Below, piece by piece: positions 17,049 to 31,377 of a DNA stretch of 64,000 nucleotides. Positions within the stretch are counted from its first letter, which is position 1, and each line of letters opens with the position of its first letter. The stretch lies in the NCBI RefSeq assembly GCF_009914755.1, contig NC_060929.1. One strand, 5' to 3'. This DNA is from the human T2T-CHM13v2.0 reference genome, Homo sapiens. The notes under the pieces are model-generated. The model was not told the origin of the DNA, made no database searches, and saw only the letters and a list, made by a program, of their open reading frames with translations. The position numbers were made by a program, and so were the translations under genes.

Positions 17049-17923
17049 TTAAAAACGAAACAACAATTTTATAGTGGAAATAAAGGGTAACTTCCTTTGC
17101 CTGATGAAGTTTAGAAAAACAACAACAAAATGTCCTACTCGAAGGTAAAATGTTAAAAGCATGCCTTTTTAATTTGAAATAAAACAAGGAAGACTACCAT
17201 CTCTACCAGTGAGCAGTCTTTATGCTGCAGGTCTAAACCAGTACACAAGGCAAGGAAAAGAAATGAGAGTTGTAAGGAATAGAAAGGAAGAAGCTTTAAT
17301 TATGCATAGATTATATAAACACTCACTTATAAAACTTAAAAAATTATACACAAATTATTAATGTATGTATTGTGAAACAATTCACTAATTAGTGTTGGGA
17401 CAATTTCTTATTCATATAAGGAAAATGAAATCAAATGCCTTCCTTATCTAAAAATTTATTTTGGATAGATAAAATATTTAAATGTGAAAAGTATAAACCA
17501 GTGAGAATGAATTTAGAAATTTATAGTAGGGAAATATTTCATAAATAAATAAAAATGCAGGCAATAAAGAATATCAATCCATCTAACCATATTAAATTGA
17601 GAAACCATAATGAGTGGAGAAAATTCACAAGCAGGGAAATTTATTTTAAACCTAAACTGTTTTGGTGTGCAGAATACATGATGAACTCCTAGGCGTCAAT
17701 AAGAAAGCACTCCCACCTCTACCACCCCTCCAGCATGTAACTTAATAGAACAAGAGACCAAAAAACCTGAACAGGCAATTCAGAGATGAGAAAATACAAA
17801 CGGGCTAAAAGCATAGAAAAAGATCAACTTATAAGTAACTAGGGAAATCCAAACTAAAACCACAATGAGATACAACTCAATACCAAGCACAGTTGCAAAA
17901 TTTTTAAAAACCAGTTACTATTA

Positions 17924-18337
<414 letters not shown>

Positions 18338-19518
18338 TTAATATAGGCATATTGCCTGAGCCAGCAATTCCATTTTGCTGTTTATACCCCAAATTAAATG
18401 TGCATTCCCACATGGCTCACAACAGCAAAATACTGCAAACAACCCAAATGTCCATCAACAAGAGAATGGATAAATAAGTTATAAAACACTTTGTAGCTAT
18501 GGAAATGAACCATGGATATATAGAGCTACATTTATGAATCTCACAATCAAAATATTGATCTAAAGGAAACTGACACAGCCATTCATTCAGACATTAGGAT
18601 TCCAACTATATCAAGGTCAAAACTGGCAAGTACAAATCCATATACAAAATATGAAGAGATGTAAATGAATGATTAACACAAAATTTTGGATTTGAGTACC
18701 CCCTGGGTATTAGGAAGGGAGGAGGGTGGGGTTGGAGAGGGGCAAGTTTAGATTGTTGATATACTGGCAATGTTCAGTGTTTAAACTGGGAGGTAGGGCA
18801 CAAATACTTACTATTATTGAAACAACACATATTATATCCTGAAACATATGTATGTGATATGCCTCATAATTGTAAAGATTAAAATGAGTGAGTGGAGAGA
18901 TACTATATGCAGTCACTTTCCTTGCTTTCTTCCGCAATATCCCATTGGACACACCAGCCACCTATTTTGATTCCAGTTCAACATAATTGGTTATTGTTTA
19001 TGTCTCAAAAAAAAAAAGAGCCAATTTTCTTGTTCCCTCCTTACATTTCTTTCTTTTATACCTAGGCCAGACCTAGAAATGTATTTTCCATACAAATATC
19101 ATTGCTATGTAAATAGAAATGTAACCTCACGTTCTCCCAGCAGGATTATTTACAGGAGCTCCCTTCTTCCCTACTCAGTAATTTGATTGGGAATAAACCA
19201 AAAGAGTTAACTTCCAGGGTGATTTGAAGTAGAAATATACAATTTTGGAAAGTAACAAGAAAAAACTCACATTTTTTTGTGGAGGCTGACATGTTTGAGC
19301 CAGAGAAATCTGGAGTTCAATCCACCAGAGCTCCAGGTGTGTCTGATTCCCAAGCCCAAGCTCCTGATCACTATCCCATAATTACTAAGTACTTACCTTT
19401 TTGAGTTTCAGTTTCTTCGTCTGTAAAACGGTGCTTCATCTTCCTGAGTCTGTTTCTTCATCATTATCCCTGTATCACAGCGTTGTTGTGAGAATAAATG
19501 AGAAAATATGTAGATGTC

Positions 19519-20112
19519 AAATAGTATGGCAATTCCCCAGAAAAGTAAAAATATAATTACCATATGATCCAGCAACCCCACTTCTTGGTATGTATCCAAA
19601 AGAATTGGGTGCAGGGACTTGAAGAGATGTTTCTACAGCCATGTTCATAGCAGCATTATGCACAATAGCCAAAAGGTGGAAGCAATTGAGGTGTCCACCA
19701 ATGGATGAATGACCATCTTGTATGGCCTATCCATACAAGAGAATAGTATTCAGCCTTGAAAAGGAAGAATATTCTGGCACATGCTACAACTTGAATGAAC
19801 TTTGAGGACACTACGCTAAGTGAAATAAGCCAGTCACAAAAAGACAACTACTGAAGATTCCATGTATGACGTACCTAAAGTCATCCAAATTCATAGAGAC
19901 AGAAAGTGGAATGCTGGTTGTCAGAAGCTGGAAAGAGGGAAAATGAGGAGTTAGTGTTTAATGGATGCAGAGTTTCAGTTTTGTGAGATGAAAAGAGTTC
20001 TGGAGATTGGTTTGCACAATGATGTGAATTCACTCAACAGTACAGAACCGTACACTTAAAAATGATTAAGATAGTAAATTTTATGTTGTGGGTATTTGAC
20101 CATGATTAAAAA
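19519..20112 (+). mobile_element. L1MB-like 3' end inserted in a MIR (MIR pieces about 19385-19518 and 20130-20170)
   Basis: ttaccatatgatccagcaacccc...gtaaattttatgttg; residual TSD atatgta(g/t)atgtc. Confidence 0.85.
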
Positions 20113-21076
20113 ATATATATGTATATGTCTCAATGCTCAATACATAGTAAGAATTCATTACAATCTATAATTCTGTTGTGGTTGTCATTGTCAGCCTACT
20201 CCTTTATTGGGTTATGAGCTGGAATTCACTCTATCTTGAAGGGCATATGGCCATTTTTACTTTAGACGTGTCATGAGCAGATGACCTAACTCCTCCACTG
20301 TGGTCATGATGCAAACAGGGGAAATTATGTAACACAAGGCTAAAATGTTTCTTCCGAAGGCCCACGGCTGCTGCTCACTGCAGGCTGAGCCTTGGATCAT
20401 TGTCCATATTTCTTCCAAAATCAGTTTTAGGGCTTGCCACACTCCAGCTGTTATGCTGGTGCTGGCATCTCCATTCATAACTGACAAGGCAGAAAGTGAA
20501 TTAAAAATTAATTCAAAATGCTTTGAAGGGAAATGGAGCTGATGTTCTGGGCTGACTGTTACCATGGCCTTGCATGTTCAATGCCCCTGTCTAGTTCTGG
20601 CTCAATTGTCTGGCTCACAGACCTCTTAGAGATCATGCCTGCTTGACTATCTTTTTTTTTTTTTCATGCTTGGAGGAGGATGGAGACAGAATTCCCACAA
20701 AACAACCTATCTGATTACACTTAGGGGTTGCTTATCTTCAGAATGCCTTAAGAAATGGCTTAGAAGCCAAGCATGTCTCCCTAATATACACCGAAATGTC
20801 CAAACAGTCATATTTTTCCCCCAAATAGGTTATTCCCTCAATGTGATGGTGTGTGCAAAATGATGTCATATGCTTCTGAAAGTAGAAGATCCCCTGATCC
20901 TTTCTTTTATCCCTCCTTCTTCCTTGCTCTTGTCCAAGGGAGGAGGGTTAATAGGATTGCCTAGAGCTACAGCAGCTTCACTAGAGTGTAAAAACATCAG
21001 GCAAAGTCTCTCTTTCACTCAGCTGGAGGGCAAGTTGCCTAGTCCTGCCATCTTAGTTACCCAAGAGAAACGAGAG

Positions 21077-21077
<1 letters not shown>

Positions 21078-21140
<63 letters not shown>
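21078..21140. repeat. Compound microsatellite (CA)15(CT)16
   Basis: Read directly from the sequence. Confidence 0.97.
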
Positions 21141-21145
<5 letters not shown>

Positions 21146-21529
21146 TCATGACTAAGCATCATGGCCATTGCCATGTTCCTATACCAAGTGTTTTATGAGA
21201 TAATATCAAGACTATAAAATCTAGTTAGCTTAGGGAGAAATACAATTCCCTGCTTAGACCTTGAAGCTAGGCTTATATAACCCAATCAGCTTTTCCAGGA
21301 GCCCAAACAATGATAAATTGATGCTTTGATTTTCCTTTGCTAATGGTCTTATGAGAATCACTACACCTGCAACCCCATGGGAGGTGAAGAGATGGACCAG
21401 GAAGTATCCAGATGCACTTGAATTCATTATCATCACCCTCAATCTGAACTCCTAATAGTGGATATAGACTATTCCAAATTATATCGAGAAAAAACGCTCT
21501 ATGTTCTGTTGGTAATTTAGTTCAAAGAT

Positions 21530-21750
21530 GAAGGTGGTGCGCTACAGTAAAAAGGGCAGTGTTCAACCCACACAGCCCTGAGTTCAAGTTTGGGCTCTTC
21601 TTCTACCTGTGAGACCACACAGAAATCAATTCACCTCCGTGGACTCAGTAAGTATGTTGTAAGTGGGAAAATGAGAGACCTTAGCTCAAAACATTGCTAG
21701 GAATATTAAGTGAAATACAGCATGGAAACAGTGGAGCCCTCCGTAACTGG
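21530..21750 (+). mobile_element. MIR
   Basis: ctgagttcaagtttgggctc...tgtgagacc...tgtaagtgggaaaat. Confidence 0.55.
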
Positions 21751-22239
21751 CTGCTGTTAATGTCACCATGAGGACTGAGACCCAAAGTGAGAGACTGAAT
21801 TGGTGCTCTGGCCAAGGGTATGCCTCAGCTTGCAGGATGAACAGTGAGGATGAATGTCTGTGTTTCCAAGATGGCTGTAAACAGGGGCCTGCCTACTGAC
21901 TAACTTCCTGGGTGCTTGTTTTACCCTTCCAAGAAGAGCTGGTTTATAAACTCTATGCTTGCATTGATCATGGATTCCTCCAAACCATCTAACCTTTGGT
22001 TGTCCGAAAACTAATAACTTTGGAGAAAGGAAGGCAGCTGAACTCATTCTTCTCAAACTTTTACATTATTCCCGGCACCATCTGTCTTCTTCTAGCAAAA
22101 TGCTGCTTTTAGATGTGTCTGTGTGACTGGAGGGAGAAATGGGGATTTTGAGAGTATTTGCTTTATTAAAATGAAGCATCTGGTTAAAGCAAAAATAAAC
22201 ATAGGCTCCAATTCTGGAAGAGGATATTTTTCCTTGAAA

Positions 22240-22625
22240 ATTTTTTCTTTAATTTTATTATTATAAATGTCCATTATAGGAAAATAAGATTAAAAATTAT
22301 AAAATAAAGCAAATACATTAAAAAATTAAGAAGAAGGAAGAAAAAATTAAAACACATATATTTCTACCACTCAATCATTATTCATATTTTGGCATACTCT
22401 TTCCAGATATTTTTGCTATCTTTCTCTCTATGCACCCATCCTTTGAGAAAAATATAGGGATGCTTCTATGTAAGCCATTTTGTATTTTTCAATTTTTTTA
22501 CTTAAAATGAACATTTTCCTACAAAAATAAGTATAAATCCATGTCATAATCCTTCACAATGGCTGCAAAATAGCCCATTTTGTGGATGTACCATAATTTA
22601 TTTAACTGGTCTGTTATTGTTACAT
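22240..22625 (-). mobile_element. Old L1ME/MC-like 3' fragment
   Basis: atggctgcaaaatagcccattttgtggatgtaccataatttatttaac. Confidence 0.55.
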
Positions 22626-22994
22626 ATTGTAATGGACCCTTGTTGGTTGTTTACTCGGAATTCACATAAGTATTTTTCTAACAGTTGTCTAATTTTTATT
22701 CAGAAGACCATGGCTTCTCCATGTAGCACAGGGACTGTGGGAAGATCTTGCTGCACTCCTAGTTGCAGGGGCAGCACCAAACATCATATTTCACCCCCCG
22801 TGCACATTCATTCCACTCCCATTGTGGTTGTGCCGTCGCCTCAGTTGGTCCAATCAATTAGACTTATCTCACTGTGACTCTTGCTTGGAATGACAGAACA
22901 GATGTTTCCCTTCTCCCTCTCATGGATGAAAGAACAAGTAGCCCTAGGAGATGTTGGCAGCTGTCTTGCAATAACAAAGGGAAGCAGGCTTAAA

Positions 22995-23131
22995 ATGTCC
23001 TGTACTGTTGGATTCCCATGGCTGAAAACCATTGTTTCATCTGTTTTGTCCAGTTTTTTTTTTTCAGTTGTTTCAACTAGGAGGTTAAATCTGCTCTCCA
23101 TTGTCCCATTTTGGTTGGAGGTGGAAATACG
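22995..23131 (-). mobile_element. Old L1M 5'-end fragment
   Basis: gaaaaccattgtttcatctgttttgtccagttt...gttaaatctg...ccattttggttggaggtggaa. Confidence 0.5.
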
Positions 23132-23689
23132 AGGCATCTAAATATGAAGGAGGGGACAAAATTCTAATTGCTACTCCATGAATCGCAGGTCCTCTCATGT
23201 GACTGAGATGGGGGAGGGACAAGGCACTGCAACCATCTCTTCAAGGCCACCTAGAATGCGTGGTGGGTTAGTTCATCAAAGGAAGGGACTGCATGCAGCA
23301 AGCAGCTGTGCCTATTTTGCCATCTTCCTGGACTGTCATGATGATTAATTGAGAATCTCTATGAATGACGACTGGCTTGGCATGGCTAGGTAATAAACGA
23401 ATGTTTGTGATTATTATTGAAAAAGATAGGCAGATTGGAAAAAAATATTGTGGTTGAACCTTGAAGAAATGTGTTAGAAAGTGGCTTTGAGACTATCCAG
23501 CCAGGTGATGGGATAATAAATCTGATTATATTGGTTGTTTGGGAGGTGTCACTCATTGGCTTGGGGAAATCATGTGCCTTGGAAACTGGAAGATTCTGTT
23601 TTTGAGGGAAATATCTACCAAGGAAGATGCTCAGTGCATTCCTTCTCAGAGATCTGAAAGCAACATATAAGGGGAAGTTGAAAATACAG

Positions 23690-24485
23690 TAGATTTTCAG
23701 CCTAGAGAAGAGAAGACTAAATGGGGGAGACAAGGCAGCAATTTGGCGTGTCCGTGGGGCCTTGGTGAAGAAAAAGGATTCTAGTCAGTTGCCTTACCCA
23801 AGATTATACAGTTACTAAGTGGCAGATCTGGGACTAGAACCTCAGTGTATCTGATTCCTAGCTTGGTGCTGAGTGACCTTGGGAGTAAGTAGAATTATTC
23901 AACAATGAAATAGGGGACTTCAAGAGATGGTGGGTTCTTTGTTCCTGGAAGTATTCAAGCAGCAGCTAAAGGACCATTGTATTAGTCTGTTCTCACATTG
24001 CTATAAATACCTGAGACTGGGTAATTTATTAAGAAAAGAGGTTTAATTGGCTCATGTTTCTGCAAGCTATTCCAGAAGCATAATGCTGGCATCTGCTCGG
24101 CTTCTGGGGAGGCCTCAGGAAACTTACAGTCATGGCAGAGGGTGAAGTAGGGGCAGGCAAGTCACAAGGCCAGAGCAGGAGCAAGAAAGAGAGGGGAAAG
24201 GTGCTACACACTTTTAAACAACCAGGTCTTGCAAGAATTCCCTATCACAAGAACAGCACCAAGGGGGATGGTGCTACATTCATGAGACATCTGCTCCCAC
24301 GATCTAATCACCTGCCACCAGGCCCCACCTAAAACTTGAGGATTACAATTAAACATGAGATTTGGGTGGGGACACAGATCCAAACCATATCAACCATACA
24401 CTGTGAATGTTGTAGAGAGGATTCCTGCAGTGGGCAGGAAGCTGGATGACCTGTCCTGAGGTCATTTCTAACTCCAAGGGTCTAA
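23690..24485 (+). mobile_element. L3/CR1 3' fragment interrupted by MST
   Basis: ttcagcctagagaagagaagact; ctggaagtattcaagcag; gatgacctgtcctgaggtcatttctaactc. Confidence 0.6.
23978..24392 (-). mobile_element. MSTA/B solo LTR
   Basis: tgtattagtctgttctcacattgctata...gatccaaaccatatca; perfect 5-bp TSD ACCAT at 23973-23977 and 24393-24397. Confidence 0.92.
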
Positions 24486-24939
24486 AGCTTTCTCCAAGGT
24501 TGAGTTTTCTACAGGACTCCTGGTTCTGCCTATAGCATAATATGTGACGTGCTCTTAATTTTGAAGCTACTGGAAGAAATTTATCCAGCAGGAGCATACC
24601 AATTGTGCAATAAAATGAATTCATACATATTTTTATTGAATTTAGCTTCTCTGACTTCCAAAATACATTTCCTCCAGAATTTAATGGGGAATTAAAGTTA
24701 CTAATTTCAGAAAAAGTCTAGGCAGATGCCAAGAGTGATTCCATCACATCTTAAATAAAGACAACGGAAGAAAGAGTTACTTTATTCTCTAGATATGGGA
24801 ATAATTTTGAGGGTTTTTTGTTGTGAATGTTTTCTAGCCTTATTTGAGATTCTGTAAACAATCCCTGGATTCATACAGGAAGCATGCAATTTATGGAGTC
24901 ATTCCTTTCCATGGGAAGTGTGGTAGGAAGACAATACAT

Positions 24940-25140
24940 TTGTAAAGATGTTAGTTTTGAGATTATATAGACCTAGTCAAGTCTCAGTGCTGCCATTTCC
25001 TGGCTGGGTAACCTTAAACAAAGCAGTGTCCTCTTTGAGCTTTATTTTTTCTCTTTTACTTGTTGGAGAGAATCCCTTTGTCACAGGATATTATTATATT
25101 AAATGAGCTGACATATTAAAGTTCCTGCAACACAGTGGAT
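24940..25140 (+). mobile_element. MIR
   Basis: agacctagtcaagtctcagtgctgccatttcctggctgggtaacctt. Confidence 0.55.
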
Positions 25141-26014
25141 TCCCTTTCTGAATGGCCCACCTGCTCCATCACTGCCTTATGTATAAACACTGAAAGCCCT
25201 TTAAGTGCAGGTGCAATGACTGGTTCATCTTTGTAACTGCAGTACTTGGTACCATGCCTGACCCAGAGTGAGAACAGAGTGCCCTGTAGAGTGAGAATCC
25301 AGAAGACAGAAGCCAAGCTTTAAAAAGCAGACCCAGGGTAACACTGGGAAGAGACCTAGTAGAGCCCTTTTATCTGTACATAAATAAAAATAACAGAAGA
25401 TACAGGCTACATAAAATAGAGCATATCAAAGACATGCCACAAATGTGAATTTGTTTACAATAAGCACTACTTACAGTGAGCACTAGAATTCATTTCTAAT
25501 TACCATTCTTTGCTCTCAAACATGTTTTTAGTGACCATGATCCTGAGGTTTCAATGAAAGACTTATAAATAAATTTTTGCTTGTCAATAATTATTCCACA
25601 TTATGACTACAATGGAATGAAACTAGAAATCAGTAGCAGAAGGAAAACTAGAAAATCCCCAAACATGTGGAAGTTAAACAATACACTCTTAAACAACCAA
25701 TGAGTCAAAGAAGAAATAACAAAAAAATTATTATATATCTTGAGACAAATGAAAATGAGGACACAACATGGCCAAAACTTATGGGATAGAGCAAAGGCAA
25801 TAAGAGGAAAGCTTTTTATGATAAACACCTTCATTAAAAAGAAGGATCTCAAAGCAACAGCCTAACTTTATGCCTCAAAGAACTAAAAAAAGGACAACTA
25901 AACCCAAAGTTAGCAGAAGGGAGGAAATAATGAAGATCAGAGCAGAAATAAATGAAATAGAGAATAGAAAAACAATATAATAAATCAGTGAGACTAAGAG
26001 TTGGTTTGAAACAA

Positions 26015-26350
<336 letters not shown>

Positions 26351-26422
26351 TAAGAGCAACAAAATTGACAAACTCTTAGCTAGAATAAGAAAAAAAGAGA
26401 AGACTCAATTAAAGAGAATCCG

Positions 26423-26856
26423 TGTTCTGTGAAAGGGCCGTATATGCAAAGTGATCCCCAAATCCTACAGGAACCAAGAAACCAAAGAATGAGACAGACA
26501 AATCCAGTTTGTCAGTAATGGGTGTTTTATTGGAGAAACTTACAGACAGAAGTGTAGTCCTGGGTGGCTGCAAGGCAGGTAGATCTCTGCACTGTTATTC
26601 CCCAGACCTAGGGCTTAAATGCCATGGGGAAAGGGGGTACATGCTCCAGGGAGATAATTAAGGGCAACCCTTCAGAACAGGCATGTGTGCTACATGCATT
26701 ATGACCTATAATTTGTGCTATAACATCAAGGTTCACATGTTTGTATTCTAGGGACAGTAACTAAAGTAGGACTCAGGAGACATTCACAGGACTGGGGCTA
26801 ATCAGAAATCAACATGTTGGATTAGCATTCAAGATAGAATCACTGTTGTCCCCACA
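26423..26856 (-). mobile_element. LTR47-like ERVL solo LTR
   Basis: TG...CA ends; 5-bp TSD atccg/atcag; ggactggggctaatcagaaatcaacatg recalled from the LTR47 consensus. Confidence 0.7.
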
Positions 26857-29800
26857 ATCAGAAATGAAAAAGAAGACATTACAATTGATGAAATACAAAG
26901 GATGATCAGAGACTACTATGAACCATTATATGCCAATAAATTGGATAACCTAGAAAAAAATTGATAAATTCCTGAAACTTACAGCCTATCAAGACTGTAT
27001 CATGAAGAACTATAAAATCTGAACAGAGAAATCAGTAATCAAAAGCTTCCCAACAAGATTAGCCTAGGACCAGACTTTACTGGAGAATTTAAAAAATAAT
27101 TAATATTAATTCTTCTCAAACTTTTCCAAAAACTTGAAGGAAAGGGAACACTTCCAAACTCATTTTATGAAGCCAGCATTACTCTGCTACCAATGCCAGA
27201 CAAAGATCTATAAGAAAGAAAACTACAAGAACTACAACAAAACAACAACAACAACAAAAATCTACAGCCCAGTATCCCTGACGAATATTGATGTAAAAAT
27301 CCTCAACAAAATTCTAGAAAACTAAGTTCATCAGCACATTAAAAGGATAATATGCCATGGCCAAGTGGGATTTATCCTGGAATGTGAGGATGGTTCAGCA
27401 TGTGAAAATCATGTATAATACACCACATTAACAGAACAAAGGATAAAAATCACATGATCACATCAGTTGATGCAGAAAAAGCATTTGACAATATTTAAAG
27501 CACTTTTATGATAAAAACTCTCAACAAACTAGCGATAGAAGGAAATTACCTCAACGTAATAAAGGCTATATGTGAGAAGCCCACAGTGAACATCACATTT
27601 AGTAGCGAAAAACTGAAAGCTTTTCTTTAAGATTAAGAACAAGGTGAGGATGTCCACTCTTGCCACTTTTATTCAAGAGAGTACTGGCTTCTAGCAAGAG
27701 CAATTAGGCAAGAAAAAGATGTAAAGTCATCAAAATTAGAAAGAAAAAATTAAAAACATTTTTGTTCACAGATGACATAATCTTATATGTGGAAAACCCT
27801 AAAGATTACACACAAAAAAATACTGTTAGAAAAAACAAAATCAGTGAAGTTGCAGGAGAAAAAAAAGACACAAAAATTTGTTGCATTTTCATATACTAGT
27901 AATGAACAATCTGAAAAGAAAATTAAGAAAACAATCCCATTTAAAATAGCATTTAAAAAATAAAATACTTAAGAGTAAACTTAATCAAAGAGATGAAAGA
28001 CTTTTACACTGAAAGCTACAACACATTACTGAAATAAATTAAGGAAGACACAAATAGATAAAAAGACACCCTGTGTTCATGAATTGTAACAGTTAATATT
28101 GTTAAAATGCCCATTTTAACAATACTCAAAACGATCTACAGATTCAATGCAAAACTACTCAAAACAATCTACAGATTCAATGCAACCCCTATCAAAATTC
28201 CAATGGCATTTTTTTGAAGAAATAGAAGAACCAATCCTAAATTGTGTATGGAATCTCAAAAGATTATGAATAGCTAAAACAATCCTGAGAAAGAACAAAG
28301 CTAGAGGCTTCACACTTCCTGATTTCAAAACATGTTACAAAGTGACAGTAATAAAAACAGTATTGTACTGGTGTAAAGACAGACATATAACCCAATAGAC
28401 TTAAATAGAACTCAGAAATAAACGCTTATGTTTATGATCAAATGATCTTCAAAAAGGGTGCCAACGTAGACCAACAAAATAGAGAGCCCAGAAATAAAGC
28501 TGCACACCTACAGCTGATTTTTGACAAAGTCAACAAAAACAAGCTATAGGGAACGTACTCCCTATTCAACTAATAGTGCTGGGATAACTGGCTAGCCATA
28601 TGCAGAGGAATAAAACTGGACCCCTTTCTTACAGCATATACAAAAATCAACTCAAGATCGATTAAAGATTTAAATGTAAAACCTAAAACTATAAAAACCC
28701 TGGAAGATAATCTAGAAAATACCATTCTGGATACAAGCCCTGGCAAAGATTTCATGATGAAGATGCCAAAAGCAATTGCAACAAAAATGAAGGCTGACAA
28801 TGGGACCTAATTAAACTAAAGAGGTTTTGCATAGCAAAAGAAACTATCAACAGAGTAAAAAGACAACGTACAGAATGGGAGAAAATGTCTGCAAACTATG
28901 CATCTGACAAAGGTCTAATATCCAGACTCTATAACAGACAGTGAGATTGAAACAGAAATAAAAAAAATTGCCAACAAAAAAAATCCACGACCAGATGGAT
29001 TCACAGCTGAATTTTATCAGGTATTCAAAGAAAAATTAGTACTATTCTTACTGAAACTATTCCAAAAGATAGAGTAAAAGGGAATCCTCCCTAAATCATT
29101 CTATGACACCAGTATCACCCTAATACCAAAACCAGGAAAGGACATAACAAGAAAGAAAACTACAGACCAATATCTCCATTGAACATAGAAGCAAAAATCC
29201 TCAACAAACCACTAGCTAACCAAATCCAACCATATCAACAAGATAATACACCATGATCAAGTGGGTTTCATACCAGGGATGCAGGGATGGTTTAACATGC
29301 ACAAATCAATAAATGTGATACATCACACAAACAGAATTAAAAACAAAAATTACATGATTATTTTAATAGGTCCAAAAATGCATTTGACAAAATCCAGCAT
29401 CCTTTTATGATGAGAACCCTTAGCAAAATTGGTATAGAAGGGACATACCTCAAGGTAATAAAAACCACTTATGACAAACTCACAGCCAACATTATACTGA
29501 ACAGGGAAAGGTTGAAAGCATTCCTCTTGAGAACTGGAACAAGACAAGTATGTCCACTTTCACCACTTCTATTTAACATAGTACTGAAAGTCCTATCCAG
29601 AGCAATCAGACAAGAGAAAGAAATAAAGGGCAATAAATTAGCAAAGAGAAAGTCAAACTGTCACTGTTCACCAATTATATGATTGTTTAAATAGAAAACC
29701 TAAAGACTTATCCAAAAAGCTCCTAGATCTGATAAATGAATTCAGTAAAGTTTCATGATACAAAATCAATGTACACAAATCAGTAGCATTGCTATACAGC

Positions 29801-29865
29801 ACCAACAACCAAGCTGAGAATCAAATCAAGAACTCAATGCCTTTTTACAACAGCTGCAAAAAATA

Positions 29866-29902
29866 ATAAAATAAAATAAAATAAAATAAAATAAAATAAA
29901 AT
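29866..29902. repeat. (TAAAA)n microsatellite
   Basis: Read directly from the sequence. Confidence 0.9.
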
Positions 29903-31324
29903 ACTTAGCAATATACCTAATCAAGGAGGTGAAAGATCTCTATAAGGAAAACTACAAAACACTACTAAAAGGAATCATAGATGACACAAATAGAAACACA
30001 TCCCATACTCATGGATGGGTAGAATCAATATTGTGAAAATGACCATACTGCCAAAAGCAACCTACAAATTCAAGGCAATACACATCAAAATACTATCATA
30101 TTCTTCATAGAACTAGAAAAAACAATTCTAAAATTCATATAGAACCAAAAAAGAGCCCACATAGCCAAAGCAAGACTAAGCAAAAAGAACAAGTCTGGAG
30201 CATCACATTACCTGACTTCAAACTATACTATAAGGCTATAGTTACCAAAACAGCGTGATACTGGTGTAAAAATGGGTGCATAGACCAACTGAATGGAATA
30301 CAGAATCCAGAAATAAAGCCAAATACTTACAGCCAACTGATCTGGTATAAAAATAGGCACATAACCCAGAAATAAAGCCAAATACTTAACAGTCAACTGA
30401 TCTTTGACAAAGCAAACAAAAATGTAAAATGGGGAAAGGACATCTTATTCAACAAATGTTGCTGGGATAATTGGCAAGCCACATGTAGAAGAATGAATCC
30501 TCACCTCTCGTCTTATACAAAAATCAACTTAAGATGAATCAAAGACTTTAAGCCACAAAACTATAAAAATTATAGACAATAACTTCGGAAAAACTCTTCC
30601 AGACATTGGCTTAGGCAAGGAGTTCATGACTAATAACGCAAAAGCAAACGCAACAAAAACAAAGATAAATAAATGGGACCTAATTAAACTAAAAAAGCTT
30701 CTGCACAGCAAAGGAAGTAACCAGCAGAGTAAACAGACAACCCACAGAGTGGGAGAAAATATTCGCAAACTATGTATTCAACAAAGGACTAATATCCAGA
30801 ATACAAGGAACTCAAACAAATCAGCAAGAATAAAATAAAGAATCCCATCGAAAAAATAAGCTAAGGACATGAATAGACAATTCTTAAAAGAAGATAAGAC
30901 AAATGGCCAACAAACATATGAAAAAATGTGCAACATCACTAATTATTAGGGAAATGCAAATCAAAACCACAATGAGATACCACCTTACTCCTGCAAGAAG
31001 GCCATAATTTAAAAATAAAAAAATGACAGATGTTGGCATGGATGTGGTGAAAAGGGAACAGTTTTACAATGCTTGTGAGAATGTAGTAAGAATGTAAACT
31101 AGTACAACCACTATGAAACGCAGTATGAAGATTCATTAAAGACCTAAAAGTAGAACTACCATTTGATCCAGCAATCCCACTACTGGGTTATCTACCAAGA
31201 GGAACAGAAGTCATTATACAAAAAAGATACTTGTACACCCATGTTTATAGCAGCACAATTCACAATTGCAAAAATCATGGAACCGACCCAAATGCACATC
31301 AATCAATGAGTAGATAAAGAAACT

Positions 31325-31327
<3 letters not shown>

Positions 31328-31372
<45 letters not shown>
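31328..31372. repeat. (TA)n microsatellite, about 21 units
   Basis: Read directly from the sequence. Confidence 0.95.

Positions 31373-31377
<5 letters not shown>

Noticed and set aside
21299-21511. Possible exon (ttttccag ... g|gtaatt)
   Set aside because: Short pyrimidine tract, weak donor, no ORF or partner exons
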